A DNA stretch of 53,279 nt from a virus (lineage: Duplodnaviria > Caudoviricetes). Position 1 is the stretch's first letter; each line of letters begins with the position of its first letter. The position numbers were made by a program, and so were the translations under genes. Positions 9,745 to 19,352 of this stretch are shown piece by piece. The stretch spans positions 1-53,279 of the IMG/VR virus record IMGVR_UViG_3300032288_006150, one strand, 5' to 3'. The notes under the pieces were generated by a model. It ran no database searches, had not been told where the DNA came from, and saw nothing but the letters and a program-made list of their open reading frames with translations.

Positions 9745-10023
9745 TTATATTGCAGGATCTAATCTGACACCCTCAGATTGAGGCATAACCTTTGTATCAC
9801 CAGGATCTTCTGAATCATCATACGTAATTATATACTTCTGAAGCATATATTCAGTTACTAATGAAATAAGATTCTCGTCTGTGATTTGTGATCCCTCGTA
9901 AAAGATTTTAACCTTAACATCATTTGTTGAGAGATCCTGTTCTAATTCTACGTTGAGTTTTTTGTCGTCGCAATCGACATCGAAGAATAAAATACAGCGG
10001 GTTGGGTTTGATACGATCCTCAT
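9745..10023 (-). CDS. Hypothetical protein
   Basis: ORF track. Confidence 0.6.
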   Translation of the reverse strand: MRIVSNPTRCILFFDVDCDDKKLNVELEQDLSTNDVKVKIFYEGSQITDENLISLVTEYMLQKYIITYDDSEDPGDTKVMPQSEGVRLDPAI

Positions 10024-10139
10024 ACGTTTTTTTAAACTATAGTACCAAACCCGGGAAAAATTACAAATTAACCTTCCTTTTACGGAAATAAATTCGCAAG
10101 AAAATGGTCCCTACCCGCTGTATAAGTCTAAGAATGATT

Positions 10140-10778
10140 TTAATTCTTCTTAGGCTTTAAATTAAGTTTCCAATAAACTCCCCCATGGATATAGGGAATA
10201 AATTGACCATACACCCCATCATCTGTCTTGTTCCACACCCCTATACCGATTTGGTAAATTCTACTATTTGGAGTTTGATAAAGTAAAGATGTCCCTAAGG
10301 AGTACATATAATTTGGTTTATCAAATCCCCCATTGAGTCCAAGATAAAAATTAGATGTAGGTTCCTCCTTTACTGTTTGTATTCTTTCCTTAACTGGAAC
10401 TTTAAATTTAGGTATAAAATTTCTGGAAACTATAGAACTTCCAGAAACACTGTCAGTAATAGCAACATACCCATATTCAAATCTTAGCGTGTCTCTGAAT
10501 ATTTTTTTATCCATAAACATTTTTAAAATTGCTAGGGTGTCAATCGGATTACTTACATAAATGATTGAGTCCTTAGTAACAATGTAAGGAACTGGTGTTT
10601 CTATATAAATAGTGTCCTGTGCAAGCAGAAGGGTGTCGTGTATAGTTTCTGGTTGTATTTTAGACATTACCTGTTTGTCTTTTTCCTTTTTAGAATACTT
10701 GCACCCGGTAAATGCCAGTAAGGAAAGAGACAACATAACCATCTGAAGGAATACAACTCCTTTTCTTTTTAAATTCAT
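10140..10778 (-). CDS. Lipoprotein with DT/S-I repeats and C-terminal amphipathic beta-strands
   Basis: Lipobox AFTGC; HDTLL/QDTIY/KDSII/RDTLR; ends GGVYWKL. Confidence 0.7.
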   Translation of the reverse strand: MNLKRKGVVFLQMVMLSLSLLAFTGCKYSKKEKDKQVMSKIQPETIHDTLLLAQDTIYIETPVPYIVTKDSIIYVSNPIDTLAILKMFMDKKIFRDTLRFEYGYVAITDSVSGSSIVSRNFIPKFKVPVKERIQTVKEEPTSNFYLGLNGGFDKPNYMYSLGTSLLYQTPNSRIYQIGIGVWNKTDDGVYGQFIPYIHGGVYWKLNLKPKKN

Positions 10779-10826
10779 TTTAATACTTTACTTTAGGTCG
10801 TGTAACTAAAGAATAGTCTTAAACAC

Positions 10827-11555
10827 TTACTTTGTGAAAACCCCTTTCTTTACCATCTTGCCAAGAATATTAGCGCAAGCTATATCCAAAGCTTTTTTAG
10901 TTGCTATACTAATTGTTGACTGATTAAATTTAACTGGATCAACAGTAGCATCAGAAACAAATGTTAATTCTCTTGTCGTCTTAGCTTCCCCCAATCCTGA
11001 AGCAGCTATAATAGCTCCAGTCTCAGCATTGGTGAATCTAACTTGCAAACCGATACGAGTAACTAATAAATTCTTTACTCCGTCTTTAAGATTTACTGTT
11101 TCATCTTCAGAAACAGAATAATCATAACACTCAATTTCAACAAAATAATCGGCAAGTTTGATCTTTCCTCTGCCATCTAGTTTGTTTTCAGAAATACCAG
11201 CTTGTGATGCTTGGAATTGCTTAACCATTCTGTTTTTAATTTCAGTTTTATCTTCTGTAAATTCAAAACGATTTAGATTGTCTAGGTATTCTAATACGAT
11301 ATTGGTTACACCAAGTCCTACTCTCTTTTCTTTCAATTCTGGATATGCTTCGTATGTTTCATCATTGATGCCACACTTTAACAACTGAATGTTCTTTTTA
11401 GGTCCTTCGTAATCTAGATATTGAGAGATGTCAGCTTTTTTTTCAAAGTCTGCTTTAAAATCTTCAGTTTGAGTTTTCCCTATAGTTTGTGCAATTGCAT
11501 TTTCTGAAATTAAACAACTTACTAGGAATGCTGGTATAAGTACAAGTCCTTTCAT
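10827..11555 (-). CDS. CsgG/HfaB-like exported protein (curli assembly pore fold)
   Basis: Signal peptide; GLGVTNIVLEYL..NRFEFTE, GLQVRFTNAETGAIIAASG, ATKKALD. Confidence 0.65.
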   Translation of the reverse strand: MKGLVLIPAFLVSCLISENAIAQTIGKTQTEDFKADFEKKADISQYLDYEGPKKNIQLLKCGINDETYEAYPELKEKRVGLGVTNIVLEYLDNLNRFEFTEDKTEIKNRMVKQFQASQAGISENKLDGRGKIKLADYFVEIECYDYSVSEDETVNLKDGVKNLLVTRIGLQVRFTNAETGAIIAASGLGEAKTTRELTFVSDATVDPVKFNQSTISIATKKALDIACANILGKMVKKGVFTK

Positions 11556-11567
11556 CCTTAATATTTT

Positions 11568-11798
11568 TTATTTTGCAGGTCCCTCGTAAAAGATGTTGCC
11601 TGGGGTATTTTTAAAACTACCATCAAATTTCCATGCAAGGTGATTTGATATTTTTAGGGTTCTTTCTTGTTGACCTGTAACTTCCAGATAAACAAAAAAT
11701 AATTGGAACGCCAATGCGCAAACTGTCCAGGTCACACATAGGTATAAGAATCCTTTGATCATTGAATCACTTATTCTATCTAATGTTAATGTTTTCAT
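11568..11798 (-). CDS. Small membrane protein
   Basis: One long hydrophobic segment. Confidence 0.7.
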   Translation of the reverse strand: MKTLTLDRISDSMIKGFLYLCVTWTVCALAFQLFFVYLEVTGQQERTLKISNHLAWKFDGSFKNTPGNIFYEGPAK

Positions 11799-11820
11799 GT
11801 TTTTTATTATATTAATTTAA

Positions 11821-11850
11821 GAAAGAGCGGAGTCGTGTTTCCGCCCTTTC
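11821..11850 (-). promoter_or_regulatory. Intergenic hairpin displaying ACACGAC in the loop
   Basis: GAAAGGGCGGA-AACACGAC-TCCGCTCTTTC on the minus strand. Confidence 0.6.
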
Positions 11851-11861
11851 TTTCTTTTGAA

Positions 11862-12113
11862 TTAAGACTCTGAAGAATCATCTTTCTTCTTGTGCGAGAA
11901 CTTATCCAAAGTATCTGCACCCATTCCAATAGCAGTGATAAGCATTACTGCATTAACTAATTCAGGCGCAGGTGCAAAATCCGCATGCGAAAACGAATTT
12001 GCTAACATTGTTCCGCAAAGAAACAAAGCGCCAATAAGTGCAATAACCGGTTTGATTGAGGTAGATCCTCTTTCGTCTTTAAAAAGGTCTAAGACCCATT
12101 GTTTGAAGTTCAT
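11862..12113 (-). CDS. Two-TM small membrane protein (holin-like topology)
   Basis: Two hydrophobic helices; charged C-terminus. Confidence 0.7.
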   Translation of the reverse strand: MNFKQWVLDLFKDERGSTSIKPVIALIGALFLCGTMLANSFSHADFAPAPELVNAVMLITAIGMGADTLDKFSHKKKDDSSES

Positions 12114-12145
12114 AGTCGTGTATTTTATATTCTTTATGACTTATT

Positions 12146-12775
12146 TTACTCTCCCGAGTTTGCTCTAAGCAATCCACAAATTTGGCATTCTTCTTCACCG
12201 TCATTATTTGCATCTCCCCAAACGTGTTGACAATAACGATGTGGAAAATATTCATCGATTGTTCCGTCTCCGTCATAGTCTAAACCATCTGCTAAGCCGT
12301 CACCGTCTTCGTCGATTTCAACTCCTTTCTTTTTGTCATTAACCGGCTCGGTGGATTCCACTACTTCAGCATCATAAGTTGCTGGTTTATCCTTGGAATT
12401 GGAAATAGCTTGTGAAAAATCTGCAGGGATCAATGGAGTTGGTGGTACGGGATTATTAGGCATGTCTGCAGTATTAGACAAAGAAGTTCCGTCTTCCTCA
12501 TCCATTTTCTGAACTAACATTTTATCTTTATCCGTATCACTGAACCAATAATCGATAATTTTTCCATAACTCCCAATAAATGCTCCAAGTAAAAGAAGCA
12601 GAAGTTCTTTCCACTCTCCGGCTATTTCAGATTTATTTAAAATAGCGAAAAACATTCCCCCTATAATTAACATAAATCCTCCTAATACCAACGCAGTAAT
12701 ATACCATCTGCGTTTCATCATTGCGTTTAAAAGATCCTTAAATCCACTTGGTGTTTGTTGATTGTTATTCATCAT
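12146..12775 (-). CDS. Two-TM protein with DxDGDG Ca-binding repeats and a Cys/His cluster
   Basis: DEDGDG...DYDGDG; CQHVW...CQIC. Confidence 0.7.
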   Translation of the reverse strand: MMNNNQQTPSGFKDLLNAMMKRRWYITALVLGGFMLIIGGMFFAILNKSEIAGEWKELLLLLLGAFIGSYGKIIDYWFSDTDKDKMLVQKMDEEDGTSLSNTADMPNNPVPPTPLIPADFSQAISNSKDKPATYDAEVVESTEPVNDKKKGVEIDEDGDGLADGLDYDGDGTIDEYFPHRYCQHVWGDANNDGEEECQICGLLRANSGE

Positions 12776-12787
12776 TCAATTTTAATA

Positions 12788-13108
12788 TTACCACTGAGCT
12801 GGTTTTTCTTTAAATTCATCGCCATCTTTCTTTTTAGTTGCAGGTGCTGGTTTAGCTGGTTCCGCAGCTTTCTCTTTAATGATAACAGTTTTACCACCAC
12901 CTGCAGCTTGTTGAGCTTGCTGGTTAGAGTTAGTGATGTTGATTACAGGGGCTGGTGCTGGAGCTGGAGCTGCTTCTTTGTCTCCTCCACCTAATAGTGT
13001 TGAGACCCAAACGCCTCCTGCTGTTACAGCTGTTGTAATAACCCCGATGATAGTTTTCTTTAGACCTGACCAGGTTCCGTCGTTGTGGTCTTGTGTTTCT
13101 TCTGACAT
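12788..13108 (-). CDS. Single-TM Pro/Ala-rich protein
   Basis: TM segment then APAPAPAP. Confidence 0.7.
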   Translation of the reverse strand: MSEETQDHNDGTWSGLKKTIIGVITTAVTAGGVWVSTLLGGGDKEAAPAPAPAPVINITNSNQQAQQAAGGGKTVIIKEKAAEPAKPAPATKKKDGDEFKEKPAQW

Positions 13109-13130
13109 TTTTTAAAAATTATATTCAATG

Positions 13131-13271
13131 TTCAGAAAAGACCCTCAAAACTTAGAATTCGCTTTTGGAATATTTCGAAAGACGTTACTTACCCGAATCC
13201 TTTCAAGAATCAAGACGGGCTTGTCGTGTTTTTCTTTCGAACAGTATGAGGATTTTTTCATCTTATATATC
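13131..13271 (-). ncRNA. Putative structured 5' leader RNA, copy 1
   Basis: AAAAUCCUCAUAC...GAAAGA...CACGACAA...UGAGGG-UUUUCUGAA shared with 19957-20031; P1 and P2 pairing. Confidence 0.55.
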
Positions 13272-13275
13272 TTTT

Positions 13276-14646
13276 TTACAGCATAATTCTGGATCCGATC
13301 ATGAAATTGTGCAATATTTTTGTTCCTGGCTGGGTACCCCCTGAAAATCTATAATTAAGATTTAACCCAAATCTTTGAGTTAATTTATAATCATACGAGA
13401 AACCAGACATGAATCCAAATTGTCGATTAACTATCGTTTGATTGGCGGAAGGGTTCCATGCTATGGGTGAGCTAGTAATAAATACCTGGGGAGAGATGGA
13501 CACCTTTCGATTTACTTGATAAACTTTCGTCCAAAATCCAATAGATGATACTGACATGGAATAATCATATTTGTTCCCATTCTTTAAGAATAAACTAACC
13601 ACTCCGATGTTATATCCATATGTTCCCATCTTAGGATCTGGTTTAATGTACGTATAACCCTGCATAAGCATATAATTTCCCTGTAGGTAAGCTGCAGTAA
13701 AGGAATAAGAATTAATGCTGCTTAAAGCTCCCTTTTTAAAATTCATCTTAGTGTAACCACCGTTCAAAGCAAATTGATCGAATGTTGTCCAGATCATAGA
13801 GGTTAAGCCCCAGCTTTCTGCTCCTGTCATAGAGGATTTGCTTATTCCGGTAGAAATCATAGCTGAATATCTTCCGTCCTTATTTTCAGTTACTGCAAGA
13901 TCTGACGCAACCAAAGTGGGATTGCTCATAGATTGTCTCTTCTTCTTTTCTTCCTCCTTCTTTTTCTTTTCCTCTTCTTTTTTCTTTTCCTCCTCTTTCT
14001 TCTTTTCCTCCTTGCTCTCTGATTTTTCTTCCTTATTTTCCGATTTTTTTTCTTCTTGTTTGCTCTCGGATTTTTCTTCACTCTTACTTTCAGATTTGGA
14101 TTCAGATTTTTGCTCGGAAGAAGTGCTGCTCTCTTTCTTTGTTTCCCCGCCAGAGCTGGATCCTCCAGAACTAGAACTACTTGAACCTCCTGAAGACTGT
14201 GAACCCCCGCTGGAACTAGCAGGGGTAGAAGAAGCTGCTGATGAACTTGCAGAGGTGCTAGCAGACGAAGATGCTGCAGAAGACGCAGAACTACTCGCAG
14301 CGCTACTCGCTGCAGAAGATGCAGCTTGTGAAGCTGCCGCGGAAGCCGCTTGTGAAACCGTTTGTTGAACTGTTTGTTGAACTATCGTTGTTGCCGGACA
14401 AGGTCTGGAGTTATAATCAGCATACACCTGATTCAGCCATGCCTGCACAGTTCCGTTATTAACTTCAGCAGTGGTAAAAGTCTTTATTTGATTATAAAAA
14501 GCAACTACAACCATTCCGTTTCCCATTGGGGTGGTTACAACTGTTTTTATTTCTCCAGTACACTTATCTACGTAGGTTTGTGTAAATATTTGTGCTTTTG
14601 CTTTGACTGAAAAAATCAACAAGAGGATTATTAATAATCTCTTCAT
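13276..14646 (-). CDS. Exported protein: Cys-pair N-domain, Ser/Ala and Glu/Lys linker, C-terminal outer-membrane beta-barrel
   Basis: Signal peptide AKA-Q; low-complexity linker; alternating Gly/aromatic strands ending NFMIGSRIML. Confidence 0.7.
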   Translation of the reverse strand: MKRLLIILLLIFSVKAKAQIFTQTYVDKCTGEIKTVVTTPMGNGMVVVAFYNQIKTFTTAEVNNGTVQAWLNQVYADYNSRPCPATTIVQQTVQQTVSQAASAAASQAASSAASSAASSSASSAASSSASTSASSSAASSTPASSSGGSQSSGGSSSSSSGGSSSGGETKKESSTSSEQKSESKSESKSEEKSESKQEEKKSENKEEKSESKEEKKKEEEKKKEEEKKKKEEEKKKRQSMSNPTLVASDLAVTENKDGRYSAMISTGISKSSMTGAESWGLTSMIWTTFDQFALNGGYTKMNFKKGALSSINSYSFTAAYLQGNYMLMQGYTYIKPDPKMGTYGYNIGVVSLFLKNGNKYDYSMSVSSIGFWTKVYQVNRKVSISPQVFITSSPIAWNPSANQTIVNRQFGFMSGFSYDYKLTQRFGLNLNYRFSGGTQPGTKILHNFMIGSRIML

Positions 14647-14678
14647 TTTTGTCGTGTGCCGTATTTTTATTTTTGGTT

Positions 14679-15047
14679 TTACAGTTTGTTAAAATCTGTA
14701 ATACCAAGTTGATTTCCTTTCGAATCAAATAAGCCTATTCTGTAAGCAGAAGAGGGTAAAGCTGACGTGTAAACTTTTAAAATGTTATCACCAGCATTAA
14801 CTCTCATTACCTCTTTAGAAACTGTTTTATTAGAAATGTCAAAAATTCTAATTGTAACATCCTGTGCAATGTCGCTTTTAACATTCATAGACACCTCTGT
14901 AGTTACGAACGGGTTTTCTAATTTTATACCAACAGTAGAATTTATTTGTAAAGAATTTGGAACTGTTGGCGGTTCAATTACATTAAAAGGATCTTTTGTA
15001 CATCCTATAAGAGATGTAACAATTAAAAGGGAGATTAGCTTTTTCAT
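14679..15047 (-). CDS. Lipoprotein consisting of a T9SS-CTD-like beta-sandwich
   Basis: Lipobox LIGC; ENPF...IRIFDISNKTV...SALPSSAYRI. Confidence 0.65.
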   Translation of the reverse strand: MKKLISLLIVTSLIGCTKDPFNVIEPPTVPNSLQINSTVGIKLENPFVTTEVSMNVKSDIAQDVTIRIFDISNKTVSKEVMRVNAGDNILKVYTSALPSSAYRIGLFDSKGNQLGITDFNKL

Positions 15048-15052
15048 TTTTT

Positions 15053-15403
15053 TTATTTTATTATTATTTTGGTTCTCTTGACTTCGTTCTTATTTAAATC
15101 GTCTAAGATCAAATATAAAACTCCGACAGGAAGAGATTTTGTGTATATTTTAACAGAATTGTTTCCTGTTATCAAATTTATTTTTTCTTTACTTAAGATT
15201 TGTCCGGTATTATAATCTTGTATCTTTAATATAAAAGATCCCTCTTTTTCCATGTTAAAAGATAGTTGATCTGAATCGGAAACTGAAACTTCAGAAACCG
15301 AAAAAATATCCACTACCGGTTTGGGTAAGGGCTCGATATTCTCTTTATAACAAGAAGTTAATGAAAGAGAAAAAATTAATAATACAATCCTAATAAATTT
15401 CAT
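15053..15403 (-). CDS. Lipoprotein, T9SS-CTD-like, paralogue of 14679-15047
   Basis: Lipobox LTSC; GNNSVKIYTKSLPVGVLYLIL...KIIIK. Confidence 0.65.
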   Translation of the reverse strand: MKFIRIVLLIFSLSLTSCYKENIEPLPKPVVDIFSVSEVSVSDSDQLSFNMEKEGSFILKIQDYNTGQILSKEKINLITGNNSVKIYTKSLPVGVLYLILDDLNKNEVKRTKIIIK

Positions 15404-17682
15404 TATTGAACTTTTACTTTTAATTGTTTAGAATCAGTTCCTATTGTCTCTATGCTTTCAACAGAAACTAATCCAAGTATATTTTTTAAATCCGATTTTG
15501 ATTTAAATACTATTTTATAACCTAGATTACTTACAGGATTACCGTTGGTGTTTAGTGTTCCTACATTTATTAAGGAAGACTCTTTTCTTGAAAAATTTAT
15601 ATCATTTTTGTTGGTGAATTCCGTTTTGTTGTGATCCAAAATTGAATTATCAAATTTCACAATAAATTGAGTTGCACCAATCTGATTTTGACCAGGATCT
15701 ACAGATATTGTAACTTCTACCATTCCATCTTTTATCTCCATCCAGATATCAGCAATAACATCACCAGTAGAGGAATTTGTTCTAACAGCCATCGACTGTA
15801 TTCCGATTTCTTGTTTGTTACTTAAAGAATTAGGTTGGGAAACCCCAGTAGGTAATGCTGAATGAGAAAGATTTACATCGCCTTTCCACGTAACTGCAAC
15901 ATTGTAAGAGTTTAATTGATTATCAACTATAGATGGTAAATAATAAGATCCGGAGGTAAATCTATAGTCCTGCCAATTATTTGATGCTATAGCATCATAA
16001 TCTGATTTTTTTATCAGTTTAATCATGCTAGTTAACTCGTTACTGCTGTTCCAGATTGTTGATTGTCCAAGTAAATGTTGAAGAAGAATGAAACAATCTT
16101 GCTCATTAAAAGCTCCACTTGAATCAACGTCAGCATTTGCAAACTGTACAGGGGTTGTAAACCAAACGTTGGAATTTCCAAATATCCCATTATCAGACAA
16201 TTGCTTAAATGCTAAATAAACATCTCCGACAGTTACAATACTACTATACAGTCCAGAATAACTAGATCCGTAATATTTAATATCAGAGAAATGTGGTTTA
16301 AAAATTTGATTCTGAGTGAATCCAATGCTACAAGAGAATGCCCAGTTATTATATCCAGCATTTCTTATGTTAGCATTGAAAGATGAAGAACCATCTGTTA
16401 CTTTAGTTAGAGTCGATGGAATAATGTAATGAGCCCAATATGTTGAGGTTTGTTGATATGTTACTGGTCCGTCATAACAATCTAATATGGAAACTCTTTT
16501 TATAGTTGATGGGGAAACACTGCCAAAAGTTGATAAATCAATATAGAGGGTAGTAACACCATTAGAAATATTAACATAAGAATACTCAACCTGTCCTGCA
16601 GAAATTGAACTCTTATATCCATCATTTATTTTATTTTGATCAATATTAGGAGTCATATCAATCTTTCCTAGCGAGTTAAGAGCAGCATAATCACCTGATC
16701 CCTGAACGATTCCCTGGTGGTCAGTAAACATCTTTGTTCTAAATAATGTCTCGTTCACATTAGCACCAAAATCATAAACAAATTGAGCTCTCAATACATT
16801 TCCGTTTGAATGGTTAACTGAATTAGAATAGAATTCTGTAAATGTCTGATCATCGGGATTTGTCCAGGTTCCAAATTCAACAACATACGGATTTGAAAAA
16901 TTGGCTGGTAAATCGTTCCACTGCGAGCCATTCCATTTTGTTACCGCGTAATCTTCGTTACCGCTATTGTTTGGTTCCCCGCCCGCCCAGTTATTATATT
17001 GGCCAACAACATTTCCTGCCGTTTGTCCATTCGAAGTTTTAATGAGAGTTCCGTTTTCAGGTCCAGCATCGATTCTCCATTGACCTTCAACAACTTCATC
17101 AGTTAGAGCAAACCATATTTGATTTTGGGGTACATTATTATAAATAAAATTATCTTCATCTGATGATGTGATTGTTACCAAATATCCTTGTTGACCCTTG
17201 AATGTTTGCTGTGCAGAAAGGGATTTAGCATTTGGATATGTTGCACCTGCTGATATTGGTCTATAAAAGTGACCATTTGATGGATTGTAAAAATATCCGG
17301 TCGGATTCACGGTTGCAGATACTGATATCTGAACATTACCCGAAGTTGCAGTAGTGTTTATTTTTAATGTTGCTAGAGCGGCATTTATGTTAGACATTGT
17401 TCCCGTAAAAGCTAAACGGGTTTTGTTACCACTTAAAGTGTATCCACTTGCAGGGGTTAATCCTGTTGTGGTTGTCATATAAAACGTTGTTCCTGAAGGA
17501 GAGACTGGTAATCCAATAGCACAAAGTAAAATTGAAGTAGAATTAAATCCGCCAAGAGAAAATCCGCTCGCATCTTGTGCAGAAGTACTTAATGCAAAGG
17601 ATTTAGCTTCTGGTGCATTGACTTGTTGTCCATACACACCAGAAGCTAAAAGTAGTAATATTGATACGAATAGATTTCTCAT
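15403..17682 (-). CDS. Exported protein with C-type lectin, dockerin-like and cohesin-like domains
   Basis: YLVTITS.DEDNFI, NWAGGEPNN, WNDL; ADVDSSGAFNEQD; IGATQFIVKFDNSIL. Confidence 0.75.
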   Translation of the reverse strand: MRNLFVSILLLLASGVYGQQVNAPEAKSFALSTSAQDASGFSLGGFNSTSILLCAIGLPVSPSGTTFYMTTTTGLTPASGYTLSGNKTRLAFTGTMSNINAALATLKINTTATSGNVQISVSATVNPTGYFYNPSNGHFYRPISAGATYPNAKSLSAQQTFKGQQGYLVTITSSDEDNFIYNNVPQNQIWFALTDEVVEGQWRIDAGPENGTLIKTSNGQTAGNVVGQYNNWAGGEPNNSGNEDYAVTKWNGSQWNDLPANFSNPYVVEFGTWTNPDDQTFTEFYSNSVNHSNGNVLRAQFVYDFGANVNETLFRTKMFTDHQGIVQGSGDYAALNSLGKIDMTPNIDQNKINDGYKSSISAGQVEYSYVNISNGVTTLYIDLSTFGSVSPSTIKRVSILDCYDGPVTYQQTSTYWAHYIIPSTLTKVTDGSSSFNANIRNAGYNNWAFSCSIGFTQNQIFKPHFSDIKYYGSSYSGLYSSIVTVGDVYLAFKQLSDNGIFGNSNVWFTTPVQFANADVDSSGAFNEQDCFILLQHLLGQSTIWNSSNELTSMIKLIKKSDYDAIASNNWQDYRFTSGSYYLPSIVDNQLNSYNVAVTWKGDVNLSHSALPTGVSQPNSLSNKQEIGIQSMAVRTNSSTGDVIADIWMEIKDGMVEVTISVDPGQNQIGATQFIVKFDNSILDHNKTEFTNKNDINFSRKESSLINVGTLNTNGNPVSNLGYKIVFKSKSDLKNILGLVSVESIETIGTDSKQLKVKVQ

Positions 17683-17687
17683 TCATC

Positions 17688-19352
17688 TTAGTCTATAATT
17701 AAATCTATTTTGTTTCCTGCTGCATCAACAGCATCGGATAAAACAAAGTAGAATAATCCTGCTGTGTTAGTTAAACTAACCTTAGGTGTGAAAATTAACT
17801 TATAAGGTGTTCCTGTTTTAATTCTAGCTGTCTTTAATTGATCGATTGAACCAAAGGTTAATCTACCATTATCGTGGGTTGAAAAGTTTGTAATGGTTGA
17901 CCCTGCATCAAATACAACATTATCTAAAGTTAATTTTGAATTGTCATAGTTCATAATAACTTCCAGACCTGCTAATCCTTCTTTTGTTAGTGTTGTAGTT
18001 AAAACTACTTTTCCGTTTTCTAGTTTGGAAGATACACTCAGGGTTGCTTGTTCATTAGCTTTCGCTTGATATAAACCAACCATCTGGGATGCTTCTGTTG
18101 TTATGTTCCCAAAAGAAGCAGTAACGTTTCTGTTTGCTGAGTTAGTAACTATGCCGTTTTGAATATTCTGTGCAATAACTGCAGGATCTGTTGAGTGTGA
18201 CCAGTTTAAATCTCCACCCCAAGCAAATACAGCATTTGCGGTTTGGTTGTTAGCTGTAACGAGAACTCTGTATTTGGGGGTTCCATCTAACCAGCTTTGG
18301 TTTAATAATCCACTATACCATCTAACTTGAGTAGCTGTCGAAGTTGGGATGAACGCAGTTGCTGAAACGTCCTGTCCCATAACATGAGCGAAAAGACTGT
18401 ATGAGTCTGACTCGTTAAACACATTATCATTCTTTGTTACGTTACCAACTTTTCTTTCAAAAGTTGGATATGTGAAATAGGTAGGATTTCCGGAAATATC
18501 AGTTTGTGAGTGTCCTAAAAAAGCCTTGTAAGCATCAGACACAGTAATAACGTTGTTCATCCAAGCTTTCTGGAATGATGCTCCAACAAAAACACCAACG
18601 GAGTCTCCGATTTTTAACTGGGTGAAAGTTGCCTCTCCTGCAGCATCTAGTGGTGCGGTGTAAAGAGGTTGCTGTGACCAATCTATGTCTCCGGTTCCGT
18701 CATTTTTCAATCTCATAAGTTGAACATTATGATCGGTAATTGGATATCCATTAGGAAATGCAACTTTAACTTTAAATAAAGAAGATCCACCCGTTACATT
18801 TCCAAGTGAAACGGCATTACCAGATGTTGTGATTGGAGCTATAAAAGCACCGGCAGCATCATTAGAATATGAAAGATTTAGCTGATGTATGTTAGTATAA
18901 TCAGTGTGGTCTTTAACAATAAATTTCTGAGTAGCAAAATCCCCGCTAAGAGAGGCATCCGCTCTTTGAATTGATAATTGGCCAACATTCCAATCACCAT
19001 TAACAGCGTAGTTCCATGGAGTTAATTGATACTGCTCATAAAGTGAAGTGGACGCTTTAGTTGCATTTGGAGTAAACTTATAGTTGTTCCACTCAGTATT
19101 ATATGTTTGTACCTGATTGCCTTGGGTAAAAGCAGTAGTTCCTGCTAACGGAAGCAAAGCCTTATTATTATATTGATATCTTAACCAAAAATATCTCGGA
19201 GTAGTAGTTCCCCTGTCAATATTGTACTTAACTGTAAGGGTATCTCCAACTCTATATGGTCCTGCTGGAGTGACAGTTCTATTTACGGTCAACTGTGCAA
19301 AGACTGACGTGGCCGCCAAAATTAGTGTGGCCAGGGTAATTAGCTTTTTCAT
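17688..19352 (-). CDS. Exported protein with cohesin-like and dockerin-like domains
   Basis: Signal peptide VFA-Q; VGDTLTV..; ITVSDAY...FNESDSY; LAGLEVIMNYDNSKL; start moved to MKKLIT. Confidence 0.7.
   Translation of the reverse strand: MKKLITLATLILAATSVFAQLTVNRTVTPAGPYRVGDTLTVKYNIDRGTTTPRYFWLRYQYNNKALLPLAGTTAFTQGNQVQTYNTEWNNYKFTPNATKASTSLYEQYQLTPWNYAVNGDWNVGQLSIQRADASLSGDFATQKFIVKDHTDYTNIHQLNLSYSNDAAGAFIAPITTSGNAVSLGNVTGGSSLFKVKVAFPNGYPITDHNVQLMRLKNDGTGDIDWSQQPLYTAPLDAAGEATFTQLKIGDSVGVFVGASFQKAWMNNVITVSDAYKAFLGHSQTDISGNPTYFTYPTFERKVGNVTKNDNVFNESDSYSLFAHVMGQDVSATAFIPTSTATQVRWYSGLLNQSWLDGTPKYRVLVTANNQTANAVFAWGGDLNWSHSTDPAVIAQNIQNGIVTNSANRNVTASFGNITTEASQMVGLYQAKANEQATLSVSSKLENGKVVLTTTLTKEGLAGLEVIMNYDNSKLTLDNVVFDAGSTITNFSTHDNGRLTFGSIDQLKTARIKTGTPYKLIFTPKVSLTNTAGLFYFVLSDAVDAAGNKIDLIID

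Noticed and set aside
10024-10139. tRNA or other small RNA in intergenic gaps (also 6044-6114)
   Set aside because: No TTCGA T-loop with a cloverleaf or CCA end could be formed.
13145-13261. 38-aa uORF (MKKSSYCSKEKHDK...) explaining the conserved leader
   Set aside because: The second copy has ATCG in place of ATG and no equivalent frame, while the base-pairing is kept; RNA structure is the better explanation.
13131-13271. c-di-GMP-I riboswitch or hammerhead ribozyme
   Set aside because: GAAA and CUGA fragments are present, but the GCAAA/GGG-ACGC core and the CUGANGA...GAAA three-stem arrangement are missing.
13838-14368. 176-aa plus-strand ORF
   Set aside because: Antisense shadow of the low-complexity Ser/Glu/Lys linker of 13276-14646.
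15403-17682. Diversity-generating retroelement target (C-type lectin)
   Set aside because: The lectin domain is internal, no template-repeat copy was seen, and there is no reverse transcriptase in the window.
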